The notes under the pieces are model-generated. The model saw only the letters and a list, made by a program, of their open reading frames with translations, had not been told where the DNA came from and did not search any database. The translations under genes and the position numbers were made by a program. DNA of 48,173 bases from Bacteroidales bacterium (GTDB lineage: Bacteria; Bacteroidota; Bacteroidia; Bacteroidales; UBA932): contig JAGCDT010000106.1 of assembly GCA_017651045.1 (NCBI GenBank), positions 1 to 48,173 of the forward strand. Reading direction: 5' to 3'. This document shows positions 37,595 through 48,148 of this stretch, in pieces (position 1 is the stretch's first letter; every line of letters begins with the position of its first letter).

Positions 37595-38416
37595 TTACTT
37601 TGACTCTTCTGAATTTCTAACGTCTTCCCCCCAGTAGAGTTTGCTTGTCAGTGCCCTGACGAAGCTCTCTTTTCCGAGCCGGACCCGTTTGAGCGAAAAC
37701 TGTGCCAGCGAGACGGTAAATTCGCCGCCAGAAGGAACAGTCGCGCTGCGGTTGTCGGCCGAGAGCATTATCTCTCCGTCGCGGGAGAGGGTGGATATGC
37801 TTACTACGGCGCTGTCGGGCACGATCAGAGGCCTCACGTTCATGTTGTGAGGGGCTATAGGGGCTATGATGAGAACCTTTGCTTCGGGGGTGCAGATGGG
37901 ACCGCCGACAGAAAGGGAATAGGCTGTGGAGCCGGAGCTTGTCGCGACGAGAAGGCCGTCGGCCCAATAGGTCGGGAGGGCGGTCCCGTCTATGGTGACC
38001 CTGATGCCGACCATGGCGGCGCCTCTGCGGTGGATGGCCACCTCGTTGAGGACGAAGGGATACATGTCGGCGGGGACATCCTTGCCGCGGAGGTGGATGA
38101 GCTCCCTCTCCTCGACGGACCAGTCGCCCGATGAAAGGGCGGCGAGGACGTCTTCAGGGGAGTTCTCCGAAAGGAAGCCGAGGCGGCCGAGATTGACGCC
38201 CATCACTGGGAGGCCGCTGCGTCCGACCCTTTTTGCGGCGGAAAGGAAGGTCCCGTCACCGCCGACGGAAAGGAGCATTTCGGTCCCCGGAAGGAGGTCC
38301 TCGGCGACCGAGATGCGGTAGACGTCGTGTCCTGCGGCCCTCAGGGCTTTCTCGAATGAGATGAAGCGCTCCGCACCGGAGATTCTGTTGTCTTTTATAT
38401 ATATAGCAAGTTTCAT
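37595..38416 (-). CDS. nadK: NAD kinase
   Basis: [36 protein letters not shown]. Confidence 0.96.
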   Translation of the reverse strand: MKLAIYIKDNRISGAERFISFEKALRAAGHDVYRISVAEDLLPGTEMLLSVGGDGTFLSAAKRVGRSGLPVMGVNLGRLGFLSENSPEDVLAALSSGDWSVEERELIHLRGKDVPADMYPFVLNEVAIHRRGAAMVGIRVTIDGTALPTYWADGLLVATSSGSTAYSLSVGGPICTPEAKVLIIAPIAPHNMNVRPLIVPDSAVVSISTLSRDGEIMLSADNRSATVPSGGEFTVSLAQFSLKRVRLGKESFVRALTSKLYWGEDVRNSEESK

Positions 38417-38436
38417 ATTCTTACTGAAAAGAGTGT

Positions 38437-38465
38437 CAAATTTAACACTTTATTTCTTAAGTTTG
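38437..38465. promoter_or_regulatory. Divergent -7 elements for nadK (minus) and pdxJ (plus)
   Basis: Minus TAAATTTG (38437-38444); plus TAAGTTTG (38458-38465). Confidence 0.65.
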
Positions 38466-38492
38466 CATTCTGAAACAAAAATTACAGCGAAA

Positions 38493-39206
38493 ATGACACG
38501 TTTGAGCGTCAACATCAACAAAATCGCAACAATCCGCAACGCCCGCGGAGGCAATGTTCCCAATGTCCTAAAGGCCGCCCTCGACATCGAATCCTTCGGT
38601 GCTGAGGGCATCACCGTCCACCCGCGGCCCGACGAGCGCCATATCCGCTATTCCGACGTCCGCGAGATCCGTCCCCTGATAAAGACCGAATTCAACATCG
38701 AAGGCAACCCCATAGCATCTTTCTGCGACCTCGTTCTCGAGGTTGTGCCGGACCAGGTGACCCTTGTCCCCGATGCTCCGGACGCCCTCACCTCCAACGC
38801 CGGATGGGACACCGTCCGCAATCGCGCTTTCCTCAGCGAGATGTGCTCGGAATTCAGGGCTAAGGGCATCAGGACGTCGATTTTCATCGACCCGCTGCCC
38901 GAGATGGCCGAAGGCGCCGCCCTTTGCGGAGCCGACCGTGTGGAGCTTTACACCGCCGGCTACGCGGAGCAGTATCCCTCTCCGGATGCCATAAAGCCTT
39001 ATCTCGAGACCGCCCTCGAGGCAAAGCGCTGCGGACTCGGCCTCAACGCAGGCCATGACCTGTCTCTGGATAACCTCAATTTCTTCATCAAGACCATCCC
39101 GTGGACCGACGAAGTCTCCATCGGGCACGCCCTGATTTCGGATGCCCTCTACCTAGGCCTGGAGAAGACAATAGCGGCCTATCTCTATGAAATCCGGAAA
39201 AAATGA
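38493..39206 (+). CDS. pdxJ: Pyridoxine 5'-phosphate synthase
   Basis: Likely start [18 protein letters not shown] at 38493; [28 protein letters not shown]. Confidence 0.96.
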   Translation: MTRLSVNINKIATIRNARGGNVPNVLKAALDIESFGAEGITVHPRPDERHIRYSDVREIRPLIKTEFNIEGNPIASFCDLVLEVVPDQVTLVPDAPDALTSNAGWDTVRNRAFLSEMCSEFRAKGIRTSIFIDPLPEMAEGAALCGADRVELYTAGYAEQYPSPDAIKPYLETALEAKRCGLGLNAGHDLSLDNLNFFIKTIPWTDEVSIGHALISDALYLGLEKTIAAYLYEIRKK

Positions 39207-39268
39207 TTAAATTTGCAATTCGGCGCATTGTGTGCGCGAAAAAAGAAATATTACAAAACGTTAAATAA

Positions 39269-39919
39269 ATGAAACAGACACCTCTTATTCTCAGCATCAT
39301 CGCGCTTGTCGCAAGTGTTGTTTTCGGGATCCTCTCCCTCACTTCCAACAATGGTGGTAAGAAGGCTTCCCCCGTCGCCGTCTCCGGTGATTCAGTCGCA
39401 GTTGCCGGCAGCATCGTGTTCTTCAACATCGACGAGGTCATGGAAGGCTACGATATGGCCAACGACCTCCGTTCCGTCGTCGAGAACAAGATCCAGGGCA
39501 TCCAGAACGAGATCGACCGCAGGGGCAACAAACTCCAGAAAGACATCAACACTTTCCAGGACAAGATCAACAAGGGTCTCCTCCTTCCTTCAGTTGCTGA
39601 GTCCCAGCAGAAGAAACTCCAGCAGCAGCAGGCCGACTACCAGAATTTCGTTCTCAAAAAGCAGAACGAGATGGCTGAGGAGCAGCAGGTCATGATGAAT
39701 CAGATCCTCGATGCCATCAAGACCTACGTCGACGAGTACAACATCGACAGGCAGTACTCCATGATTCTCGCGACCCAGGGCGCCATCCTTCCCGCCCCCG
39801 TGGTAGTTGGTGAGGATGTCCTCGACATCACTTCCGACATCCTTGCCGGCCTCAACGACGAGTACGTCAAGTCTAAGGCTAATGGCGAAGTTGCCGAGGA
39901 AGCTCCTGCAGAAGAATAA
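39269..39919 (+). CDS. OmpH/Skp family protein with an N-terminal hydrophobic anchor
   Basis: IVFFNID, Q-rich coiled coil, DITSDILAGLN; TAAATTTG at 39208-39215 upstream. Confidence 0.85.
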   Translation: MKQTPLILSIIALVASVVFGILSLTSNNGGKKASPVAVSGDSVAVAGSIVFFNIDEVMEGYDMANDLRSVVENKIQGIQNEIDRRGNKLQKDINTFQDKINKGLLLPSVAESQQKKLQQQQADYQNFVLKKQNEMAEEQQVMMNQILDAIKTYVDEYNIDRQYSMILATQGAILPAPVVVGEDVLDITSDILAGLNDEYVKSKANGEVAEEAPAEE

Positions 39920-39928
39920 CTGACAGCC

Positions 39929-41047
39929 GTGAGAATCGCGATACTGTCGAGTTTCTATCCCTTGAGGGGAGGTATTGCCCAGTTCAGCGCAGCTATGCTC
40001 GAGGAGCTGGGCAAGTCCCATTCTGTCAAGGCATTCACCTACTCAAGGCAGTATCCGTCGCTTCTCTTTCCGGGGAAGACCCAGTATGTGGGCCCGGACG
40101 ACGATGCCATCAAGGTCGACAGCGATCCTGTGGTCGACACGGCCAATCCCTTCCCCTTCATCTCTGCAGCCCGCAAGATAAGGGCATGGAAGCCGGATGT
40201 GCTCATCCTTCGCTACTGGACTCCGTGGTTCGCTCCGTCCCTCGGATGGATCGCGCGCCATGCCGGTGCCGCCAAGGTCATCGGCCTCATCGACAACGCC
40301 CTTCCCCATGAGAGGCACATTTTCGACAAGCCTTTTGCAAAGTGGTTCTTCAAGGCGTGTGACGCATTCGTGACATTGTCTCCAAGCGTCACCGAGGACC
40401 TCCTGCAGCTCCGTCCCGGGGCGCGCTATGTCGAGATTCCTCACCCTCTCTACACTCATTTCGGTGAAAAGATTTCCAAGGAGGAAGCCGAGGACAAGCT
40501 CGGTATTCCCCATGGTTCCCGCAATCTTCTCTTTTTCGGTCTTATCCGCGACTATAAGGGCCTCGACGTCCTTCTGGAAGCCTTCCGCGACCTGGATGAG
40601 CGCTACCGCCTCATCGTCGCCGGCGAGCCTTATGTCAGTTTCGAAAAATACGAGAAGATCATCGAGACCCTCCCGGGCAAGGACCGCATTTCCCTTTTCA
40701 CCAGCTACATCAAAGACTCCGACGTCAAACTTTTCTTCTCCGCCGCCGACCTCACCGTGCTTCCCTACAAAAGCGCGACCCAGAGCGGTATAGCCGCCAT
40801 TTCCTACCACTTCGACCTCCCGCTCGTCACGACTTTCACCGGCAGCATCGGCACCGCCGTGCAGGAAGCGGGCACGGGGATTGCAGTTCCCCCGTGCGAA
40901 CCTCACGCAGTGAGAGAGGCTGTTGTGCGTTATTTTGAGGAAGAAGGGGTTGCGTCAGGGTGCAAGGCTGCGATAGCGGCCGAAAAAGAGCGCCTGTCGT
41001 GGAGCAGATTCTGCAACGCCCTCACCGATTTCGCTGCAAGTATTTGA
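39929..41047 (+). CDS. Glycosyltransferase family 4
   Basis: PLRGGIAQ, FFGLIRDYKGLD, LPYKSATQSG; GTG start. Confidence 0.9.
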   Translation: MRIAILSSFYPLRGGIAQFSAAMLEELGKSHSVKAFTYSRQYPSLLFPGKTQYVGPDDDAIKVDSDPVVDTANPFPFISAARKIRAWKPDVLILRYWTPWFAPSLGWIARHAGAAKVIGLIDNALPHERHIFDKPFAKWFFKACDAFVTLSPSVTEDLLQLRPGARYVEIPHPLYTHFGEKISKEEAEDKLGIPHGSRNLLFFGLIRDYKGLDVLLEAFRDLDERYRLIVAGEPYVSFEKYEKIIETLPGKDRISLFTSYIKDSDVKLFFSAADLTVLPYKSATQSGIAAISYHFDLPLVTTFTGSIGTAVQEAGTGIAVPPCEPHAVREAVVRYFEEEGVASGCKAAIAAEKERLSWSRFCNALTDFAASI

Positions 41048-41051
41048 AACT

Positions 41052-42737
41052 ATGGAAAGAAGATTCATAACCTCAATGGCCGCGATGCTGCTCCTCATTT
41101 CCGGAGCCGCATTCGCGCAGGAATATGTCCCGACTCCGGTGACGGTGTCCACTGAGAAGGTCCGTATGAACGGCAATCTCTACTATTCCCACGTCGTCCT
41201 CGAGCGCCAGACCCTCTATTCCATCGCGAAAGCCTACGGTGTGACCATCACCGAGATAGTCAATGCCAACAACGGCATCAACTCCGACGGTACCGGACTG
41301 CAGAAAAACGCCATCATCCTTATCCCTGTCAGAGACCAGGGCGCTCCCGTTGTCGTGGAGCCCGCACCGGAAGGGGAGCCTCAGGGCCAGCTTCCGGAAT
41401 ACACCGAGCATGTCGTCAAGTGGTATGAAGACCTCGACGACATAGCCGCCCTCTATGGAGTCAGCGCAAAGGAAATCATGGAGTACAATGGGATGAACTC
41501 CAAGAAGGTTGAAAGACGTCAGGTCCTCAAGATTCCCCTTAAGGGCGGTTCCAAGCCTGTTGCGGAAGTTTCTCCTTCAGAGCCCGCAGTTGAGGCTCCC
41601 GCTTCTCCGCAGGAGCCCGAACCGGTAGGAGAAGTAGCGGTCGAGACTGCCCCTCAGGACACTGTCACAACCGAACCTGCCCTCCCCGCCGACTACACAG
41701 GCAAGTCTACGGTCACATTCTCTCTCATGCTTCCTTTCAATGCCGGTTCGCGTTCGAGGGGCATGTATATGGATTTCTACGCCGGCGCCCTCATGGCCGT
41801 AAAGGACCTTGAAAGTTCCGGCATCTCGACCGTTGTGAATGTCTTCGACATCGCCGGCGACATATTCCCTGAGCCCTATCAGCTCAAGGGGCAGGATTTC
41901 ATCCTCGGTCCCGTCAAGAACGAGGACCTCGAGAAGGTTATAGCCCTGACGAGCGGAGAGGTGACGGTGATTTCTCCTCTTGAGCCCAAGGCCGACTCCC
42001 TCCTCGACCTCCATCCCAATTTCATCCAGGCCAGGACCCCTCAGAACGACCAGTATGCTGATATAGCGACCTGGATCGCCTCTGAATTCTCATCCACCGA
42101 CAAGGTCATCCTCCTCACCGAGAAGACCCCGCGCCACAACATCGCCGGCGAGCTTGCCGATGCGCTCGACGAGGTTGGCGTCCCCTATACCAAGGTCGCC
42201 CACTCGATGATCGAGGGCCGCAGCGTCCCCGCCACGGTGACCCAGTATATTTCAAAGTCCACCAACAACCGTATTATCATAGCATCCGAGCGTGAGGCAT
42301 TCGTAGCCGACGTCATCAGGACCCTCGGCATCCTTACCGGCAAGGGCTATCCCGTCACGGCTTATGCCCTTTCGAAGGTCCGTTCCTTCGACACCGTGGA
42401 CCTCGAGTCCCTCCACAAGGCTGAGACACACGTCTCTTCGTCTTCCTACATCGATTATTCATCGAAGGATGTGTCGAAGTTCGTCAAGGCATTCAGGGCT
42501 CTCTACAAGGGCGAGCCGAGCCGTTTCGCTTTCCAGGGCTACGACTCTGCGATGTTCTTCATCTCTATGGTTGCCCGCTACGGCGACAGGTGGAAGGAAT
42601 ATCTTCCTACGGCCGAAAAAGTAAAACTGCTCCAGTCGGATTTCCTCATGGAGCAGTGTGAGAACGGTTCACTTGTCAATTCGGCAGTGCGCCGTAATAT
42701 CTATAAGAGCGACCTTACCACGGTCGCGGCCGAATAG
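41052..42737 (+). CDS. LysM domain protein with a C-terminal periplasmic-binding-protein type 1-like domain
   Basis: Two LysM repeats (QTLYSIAKAYGVT and DIAALYGVS), P/E-rich linker, LMLPF...DFYAG...ILGP...AFQGYD. Confidence 0.85.
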   Translation: MERRFITSMAAMLLLISGAAFAQEYVPTPVTVSTEKVRMNGNLYYSHVVLERQTLYSIAKAYGVTITEIVNANNGINSDGTGLQKNAIILIPVRDQGAPVVVEPAPEGEPQGQLPEYTEHVVKWYEDLDDIAALYGVSAKEIMEYNGMNSKKVERRQVLKIPLKGGSKPVAEVSPSEPAVEAPASPQEPEPVGEVAVETAPQDTVTTEPALPADYTGKSTVTFSLMLPFNAGSRSRGMYMDFYAGALMAVKDLESSGISTVVNVFDIAGDIFPEPYQLKGQDFILGPVKNEDLEKVIALTSGEVTVISPLEPKADSLLDLHPNFIQARTPQNDQYADIATWIASEFSSTDKVILLTEKTPRHNIAGELADALDEVGVPYTKVAHSMIEGRSVPATVTQYISKSTNNRIIIASEREAFVADVIRTLGILTGKGYPVTAYALSKVRSFDTVDLESLHKAETHVSSSSYIDYSSKDVSKFVKAFRALYKGEPSRFAFQGYDSAMFFISMVARYGDRWKEYLPTAEKVKLLQSDFLMEQCENGSLVNSAVRRNIYKSDLTTVAAE

Positions 42738-42738
42738 G

Positions 42739-43434
42739 CTATCTCGTCAGGGTATTGTCTTTTGAAGAGAAAATTGCGGTAGGGTATGGGTCTTCGCTCG
42801 TGCCCTCGACAAGCCATTTCCAAGAAAGCTTGACCGGCATCGATTCCTTCTCTTCAGGAAGGTCGTCCGCGATGGGGAAACAGCAGTAGACATAGCCGTA
42901 GACCATCTCGTCCATGCTGATCTCACCGCCGGGATATTCACCATTGGCGTTGTGGTGGAGGCGGTAGTAGAGGGTGTCGTCGGGGAACGGTCCTTCTTCC
43001 CTGACCAGGTTGATGACGTGCTTCGCTCCGTCTATCTGCTTGAAATAGAGGAGGCCCTGGATATTGAGGTAGCCTGCGGAGATCCAGCCGGTGCCGACGT
43101 TGATCGGGTCGTCGCCAAGCTCTTCTTCGGGAATCGTGCCCTCATCGACAGGAGCCTTGACGAGCGGCACCAGGTAGCTGGTGAGGCGGATGTTGTACTC
43201 GGTGTCGGAGAGCTTTTTGAGGACGTCGCAGACGATCAGGAAGCGGGTCTGGTCTTCGGGGAATTCATCGCAGTCACGGGTGGTGATGTGATAGGTGAGG
43301 CCGCGGTCGGTGATGAAGGCGCCGTCGACCATGTCGCCGAAGGTGATCACGTTGTACATCAGCACTGAGTCCTCTTTGCAGGACACTGCGAGAAGGAATA
43401 TTGCGGCAATGGCCGCTACAAGAAGTCTTTTCAT
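42739..43434 (-). CDS. NigD-like lipoprotein
   Basis: Lipobox AVSC-KED; GDDPI...WISAGYLNI...HVINLV...LHHNA pattern. Confidence 0.7.
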   Translation of the reverse strand: MKRLLVAAIAAIFLLAVSCKEDSVLMYNVITFGDMVDGAFITDRGLTYHITTRDCDEFPEDQTRFLIVCDVLKKLSDTEYNIRLTSYLVPLVKAPVDEGTIPEEELGDDPINVGTGWISAGYLNIQGLLYFKQIDGAKHVINLVREEGPFPDDTLYYRLHHNANGEYPGGEISMDEMVYGYVYCCFPIADDLPEEKESMPVKLSWKWLVEGTSEDPYPTAIFSSKDNTLTR

Positions 43435-43519
43435 AATGTCGAATTAATCACCGCAAAACTACGCCTATTTTCTAAGAATTCAAAAAAATGTATATTTACA
43501 AGTCAAAACTGATTTTAAG

Positions 43520-44257
43520 ATGGAACTCCTTGTAAAATGCATTTTCGAGCTTGTCGGGACTATGGTGATGATCCTTCTCGGCGACGGCGTGTGCGCTTCA
43601 ACTTCGCTTTCAAAGTCAAAGAGCCAGGGCGCAGGATGGGTTGTGATAACACTCGCGTGGGGCTTCGCCGTTATGGTAGGCGTCCTCATAGCCGGCCCCT
43701 ATTCGGGCGCGCACCTCAACCCCGCAGTCACCCTCGGCCTTGCCATAGCCGGCAGTTTCCCCTGGGCTGAAGTAGCCCCTTATATTTGCGCCCAGATGAT
43801 CGGCGGCTTCCTCGGCGGACTGCTCGTCTATGTGTTCTGGAGAGACCATTTCAAGGCCACCGAAGGCGATGTGCTTTGCATTTTCTGCACGATGCCTGCT
43901 ATCGACCACAAGATTCAGAACTTCCTCTGCGAGCTCATCGCGACCTGGGTGCTTGTCTTCGTGATCCTCTGGATCGGAGCCTCCGGCAACAGCTTCATGA
44001 TTGGTGGTGCCGCCGCCCAGACCGGCGCTATCGGTGCCTTCCCCGTGACTGCGCTTATCATGGCTATCGGTATGTCCCTCGGTGGTGCGACCGGCTACGC
44101 CCTCAACCCCGCCAGAGACCTTTCTCCCCGCCTTGTCCACCAGCTGATTTTCAAGCGCGACAGCGGCTGGGCCTACAGCTGGGTCCCCGTGGCAGGCCCT
44201 CTCGCCGGTGCGGCTCTTGGAGCAGGGTGCTTCCTTCTGATTTCAATCCTTCTTTAG
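43520..44257 (+). CDS. glpF: Glycerol uptake facilitator (MIP/aquaglyceroporin)
   Basis: SGAHLNPAVT and GYALNPARD motifs. Confidence 0.93.
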   Translation: MELLVKCIFELVGTMVMILLGDGVCASTSLSKSKSQGAGWVVITLAWGFAVMVGVLIAGPYSGAHLNPAVTLGLAIAGSFPWAEVAPYICAQMIGGFLGGLLVYVFWRDHFKATEGDVLCIFCTMPAIDHKIQNFLCELIATWVLVFVILWIGASGNSFMIGGAAAQTGAIGAFPVTALIMAIGMSLGGATGYALNPARDLSPRLVHQLIFKRDSGWAYSWVPVAGPLAGAALGAGCFLLISILL

Positions 44258-44258
44258 G

Positions 44259-45698
44259 ATGTTTGCCAGGATAGTCTCGTTCGTAAACGATATCGTCTGG
44301 AGTCCGGTTCTGGTCGGACTCCTGATTTTCGCGGGTATCTATTTCTCCATCCGGACGCGTTTCGTGCAGGTGAGGCGTTTCGGGCTTATGGTCCGTTCGC
44401 TGTTCTCCCGCAGGAGCGCGGAGGAAAAGAAGAAAGGAATATCCTCGTTCGAGGCTTTCTGCGTGGCTCTTTCCGGCAGAGTCGGGACGGGCAACATCGT
44501 GGGCGTTGCGACCGCCATCGCCCTCGGCGGCCCCGGCGCTATCTTCTGGATGTGGATCATCGCCTTTTTCGGCGCATCGACGGCCTTTGTTGAGTCAACC
44601 CTGGCCCAGATCTACAAGTTCCGCCACGGCGACGGCTTCAGGGGCGGCCCGGCCCGCTACATCGAGCGCGGCCTCGGCCAGCGCTGGATGGGCATCCTTT
44701 TCGCCGTCTTCACCGTGCTCGGCTATGGCCTTCTCCTTACGACAGTCCAGTCCAACGGCGTCAGCTCAGCTCTTGCCAACTCGTATAGCATCAATCCTCT
44801 CATCTCCGGCCTGTGCCTTGCGGCCCTTCTCGGAGTAGTCATTATTGGCGGCCTAAAGAGCATCTCCAGGGTGGCCTCGCTCGTCACCCCCTTCATGGCG
44901 CTCGGCTACATCATTGTCTCCATAGTCATCATTTTCCTCCACATCGACAAGGTCCCCGGGGTCTTTGCCGCCATCGTAACAGGCGCCTTCGGCATCAAGC
45001 CCGTCGCGGGTGGCATACTTGGCTCCACGATAATGATGGGCGTCAAGAGAGGTATTTTCTCAAATGAGGCGGGGCAGGGTGGCGGAGCCATAGTCTCCGC
45101 ATCCGCCGCGGTGCCCCATCCGGTAAGGCAGGGCCTGGCCCAGTCCTTCTCCGTCTATGTGGACACGCTTCTCGTCTGTACGGCCACGGCCCTTATGATC
45201 CTTTGCTCCGGGACCTACAATATCTTCGATGCGAAGTCTGGAGAGATGCTGGTCGGCAACGCGCCTGAGCTCGCCGACAATTACGTCGGCTACACCCAGG
45301 CAGCCGTGGATTCCGTCGTGAGCGGCTTCGGAGGGCAGTTTGTCAGCGTGGCCCTCATCTTCTTCGTGTTCACTACCATCATGGCCTACTACTTCTACTC
45401 CGAGTCTTGCATCACGTATATCTTCCGCAAGAGTCCGAAGTGGGAAAAGGCTATGATCTGGCTGTTCCGCTTCGCTATCCTCGGGGCAACAGTTTTTGGC
45501 GCAATTCGCGAAGCCAATGTCATCTGGCAGCTCGGCGACATCGGCGTCGGCCTTCTCGCCTGGGTCAATGTCATTGCACTTCTCATCCTCTGCAAGAAAG
45601 CAACGACGGCCCTCAAGGATTATGAGAGCCGCCTGCGTTCCGGAGAGAAGGACCCGGTTTTCCACCCAGAGGACGAAAACCTCGGGGCCTGGAAATAA
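44259..45698 (+). CDS. agcS: Alanine/glycine:cation symporter (AGCS family)
   Basis: GRVGTGNIVGVA, GGPGAIFWMW, RGIFSNEAG, DTLLVCTAT. Confidence 0.92.
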   Translation: MFARIVSFVNDIVWSPVLVGLLIFAGIYFSIRTRFVQVRRFGLMVRSLFSRRSAEEKKKGISSFEAFCVALSGRVGTGNIVGVATAIALGGPGAIFWMWIIAFFGASTAFVESTLAQIYKFRHGDGFRGGPARYIERGLGQRWMGILFAVFTVLGYGLLLTTVQSNGVSSALANSYSINPLISGLCLAALLGVVIIGGLKSISRVASLVTPFMALGYIIVSIVIIFLHIDKVPGVFAAIVTGAFGIKPVAGGILGSTIMMGVKRGIFSNEAGQGGGAIVSASAAVPHPVRQGLAQSFSVYVDTLLVCTATALMILCSGTYNIFDAKSGEMLVGNAPELADNYVGYTQAAVDSVVSGFGGQFVSVALIFFVFTTIMAYYFYSESCITYIFRKSPKWEKAMIWLFRFAILGATVFGAIREANVIWQLGDIGVGLLAWVNVIALLILCKKATTALKDYESRLRSGEKDPVFHPEDENLGAWK

Positions 45699-45700
45699 GC

Positions 45701-47059
45701 CTACATCGGCGTTTCGGCGGCGAGGCCGTAGCGGTCGAGGAGGGTGGATCTTGGCGGCAGAGTCTCAAGCCGTGCGATAGTCTCCTGTATCATCGGACCA
45801 TAGTAATCCTTGAAATCGCTCCAGCGGTAGAAGGGCCCCTTGAAGGCGGGGAAGGGGAGGACGGCTTCCTCCTCGTTGAGCATAAGTTTGACGAGTATAT
45901 CCTGCGAGGAGCGCTTGCGGAAGAAAACTATCTGGAGACTTGCTCCCATCGGTATTTTATAGAAAGGAAAGATCTCAAAGGCTTCTTCGGGAGTCTTTGC
46001 GGAGACTCCAAGACCGTTGATATTCATAAATGCGAGGAGCGGAATCACGGCGGAATCGTGGGTGAAACGCAGCCTGATCTGCATCTGCCCGGAAGCGATG
46101 TCCGCATCGGCCTTTTCTATGATATCCTTAAGCGAATATGCGGCGAAATCGGGGAACAGGCTGCCTGAGCCTTCAAACTTTGCCAGGAAGTTGAAGATGC
46201 GGAATCCGTCGGCCCTGGCTATGGCAATCCTGTCTTCAAGGGTCAGCAGGTCGCTGAAAATGTCCGAAGGATTGTCTATGCATGCATGTTCGCTGTAGAT
46301 GGCGGCAAAATGCCTTATGAACACGGGGACGTCGATGTGGCAGCGCTCAACTACGGCGGAAGGATCCGTGAAAATCCTTCCCAGGATGCCATCCGTGTCC
46401 ACCGTCTCCATAAAATAGGGGATATAGGATTTCTCGAGTTTATCCGTCGGAACCGGCCTGCGACGGTCCAGAGTGCTGAAATTGGGCCGCAGGAAGACAG
46501 AGTAGGCCTCGCCGTTGCGGGCCTCTATATTCAGGTCGCGGTCGAACGACTGCAGTCCGTCTATGAACGAAGTCATGCTCAGGACCACCCGGGCGGAGGG
46601 AGTGGAAAAAGCCGTCCCTCTCGTGGGGCCTTTGAAGATTTCCGGATAGCGGCGGTAGAAACGTTTTGCAATCGTCTGCTCCTGCTCGATTCCAATGCCG
46701 GAAAGTTCTCCCTCCATATAGCGGACCTCGGAATAATACTTCTGATAGTCGTTGAAAAGCTGCTTGCCTCTGTCGCTTAGAAGCCCGGCCTTGGCCCCAC
46801 GGCCAAGAACCGCTGCCACGGTGTCGTATTGCATCCTTAGCACGTAACGCGCCCCGTGACGGCCGAAATGGCTGAAATAGAATGGTTTATAGCCTTTCGG
46901 AGCAGGAGAGAGGGGTGTCTCGGCCTTATAGTCGTAGACGTACATAAGACCCCCGGCTTTCGCGGGATCTGAGAGAATGGCCTCACGCGTGCTCTGCCCG
47001 ACCGCTTGAAGCGGCAGGAGCAGCAGGGGAAGCAGCAGGCGGACAAATCGTGTCGACAT
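45701..47059 (-). CDS. Secreted histidine acid phosphatase (branch 2, phytase/MINPP-like)
   Basis: Signal peptide, RHGARY, RFTHD. Confidence 0.88.
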   Translation of the reverse strand: MSTRFVRLLLPLLLLPLQAVGQSTREAILSDPAKAGGLMYVYDYKAETPLSPAPKGYKPFYFSHFGRHGARYVLRMQYDTVAAVLGRGAKAGLLSDRGKQLFNDYQKYYSEVRYMEGELSGIGIEQEQTIAKRFYRRYPEIFKGPTRGTAFSTPSARVVLSMTSFIDGLQSFDRDLNIEARNGEAYSVFLRPNFSTLDRRRPVPTDKLEKSYIPYFMETVDTDGILGRIFTDPSAVVERCHIDVPVFIRHFAAIYSEHACIDNPSDIFSDLLTLEDRIAIARADGFRIFNFLAKFEGSGSLFPDFAAYSLKDIIEKADADIASGQMQIRLRFTHDSAVIPLLAFMNINGLGVSAKTPEEAFEIFPFYKIPMGASLQIVFFRKRSSQDILVKLMLNEEEAVLPFPAFKGPFYRWSDFKDYYGPMIQETIARLETLPPRSTLLDRYGLAAETPM

Positions 47060-47062
47060 ATT

Positions 47063-48148
47063 CTATTTTATACCGTATTTACGGAGTATCTTGAGGATGG
47101 GTTTCTCGACGGATTTTTCCCAAAGGATATAGCCGCAGTCGTTGGGATGCACTCCCTCCACAGAAGTGTCATGTTCGGGGGAGGTGGCGTTGGTGCACTT
47201 GATATAGTAGACGTTCTTGTAGTTCTTGCACGCAATGGCCATAAGGCTGTCGACAAGCTCCATTCTCTCTCTCTCGGATTTCTCTTTGGCTACGTTGAAG
47301 TTGCGATATTCCCGGTAGAGGGTCTTCTGGAAGATAAGCGGGATATCGGGATGCTTTGCCTGGATGGTCTCTATGAAGGGGAAAAGGCGCTCACGGATCA
47401 TATCCACCGTCGGGTTGGAGAACGAGTCGAAGATGTAGGCATCGACATCGGCATCGGCAAGGGCCGCTGCAAAAGCCGGCTGAAGCTTCGACCGTCCGGT
47501 AACTCCCAGGCTGAGCAGCTGGATTCCCGTGCGGCGGGAGAATATCGCCGGATAAGTCATCCCGGAACGGGAACATCCGGCTCCGTGGGTGAAACTCGAT
47601 CCGAAGATTCCGACGCGGTGACGGAACGGATTCTCAAGCGGTTCTATGACGCTGCCTTCGTCCACTCCTATCTTTACGGAATATTCTTCGCTGAAAAGAG
47701 GCAGATAGAGAAGGCATTCATGCATCGATCCGTCCATGTCGGATATGATCTTGAACGGCTCGTCGGGCTTTTTGTCCGGCGTTACGTTGGCCGAAGCATA
47801 CAGCCACTTCCCGTCCTTTTTGATATAGAGGTCATATCCACGAAGCGCAATTCCGGAGGAGAAGTTGCCGAAACGGCGGTAACCGTACTTGGTCAGAATC
47901 TGAATCTCCTTCGAGTTGGTCTTGAAGGCTACCGCAAGGCCGGATGACTGAATGACTGCAGTGCGGTCATTCTTCTCGAACCCCTTGTACTTGACGGTGT
48001 CAAGCCTGTGATAGGGATTCGGCGTGTCAGGGAAAAGCTTGCCCACAAGGGTAAGATCCGTCGCCTCGACGAAAGTCTGCGCATTAGCTGCCGGCATCAG
48101 GAGAAGCAGTGCCGCCAGAGTAGTTAATGAGCTGAGAATCTTTTTCAT
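47063..48148 (-). CDS. Secreted SGNH/GDSL hydrolase with N-terminal GxDLY domain
   Basis: Signal peptide, GYDLY, LYLPL, FGSSFTHG, GVHPND. Confidence 0.88.
   Translation of the reverse strand: MKKILSSLTTLAALLLLMPAANAQTFVEATDLTLVGKLFPDTPNPYHRLDTVKYKGFEKNDRTAVIQSSGLAVAFKTNSKEIQILTKYGYRRFGNFSSGIALRGYDLYIKKDGKWLYASANVTPDKKPDEPFKIISDMDGSMHECLLYLPLFSEEYSVKIGVDEGSVIEPLENPFRHRVGIFGSSFTHGAGCSRSGMTYPAIFSRRTGIQLLSLGVTGRSKLQPAFAAALADADVDAYIFDSFSNPTVDMIRERLFPFIETIQAKHPDIPLIFQKTLYREYRNFNVAKEKSERERMELVDSLMAIACKNYKNVYYIKCTNATSPEHDTSVEGVHPNDCGYILWEKSVEKPILKILRKYGIK

Noticed and set aside
38361-38492. N-terminal extensions in the ORF track for pdxJ (also bamD 32767-32817 and skp 34262-34285)
   Set aside because: The pdxJ and bamD extensions overlap neighbouring genes or promoters, and the skp one uses a TTG ahead of a clear signal peptide; the family-typical N-termini begin at the downstream ATGs
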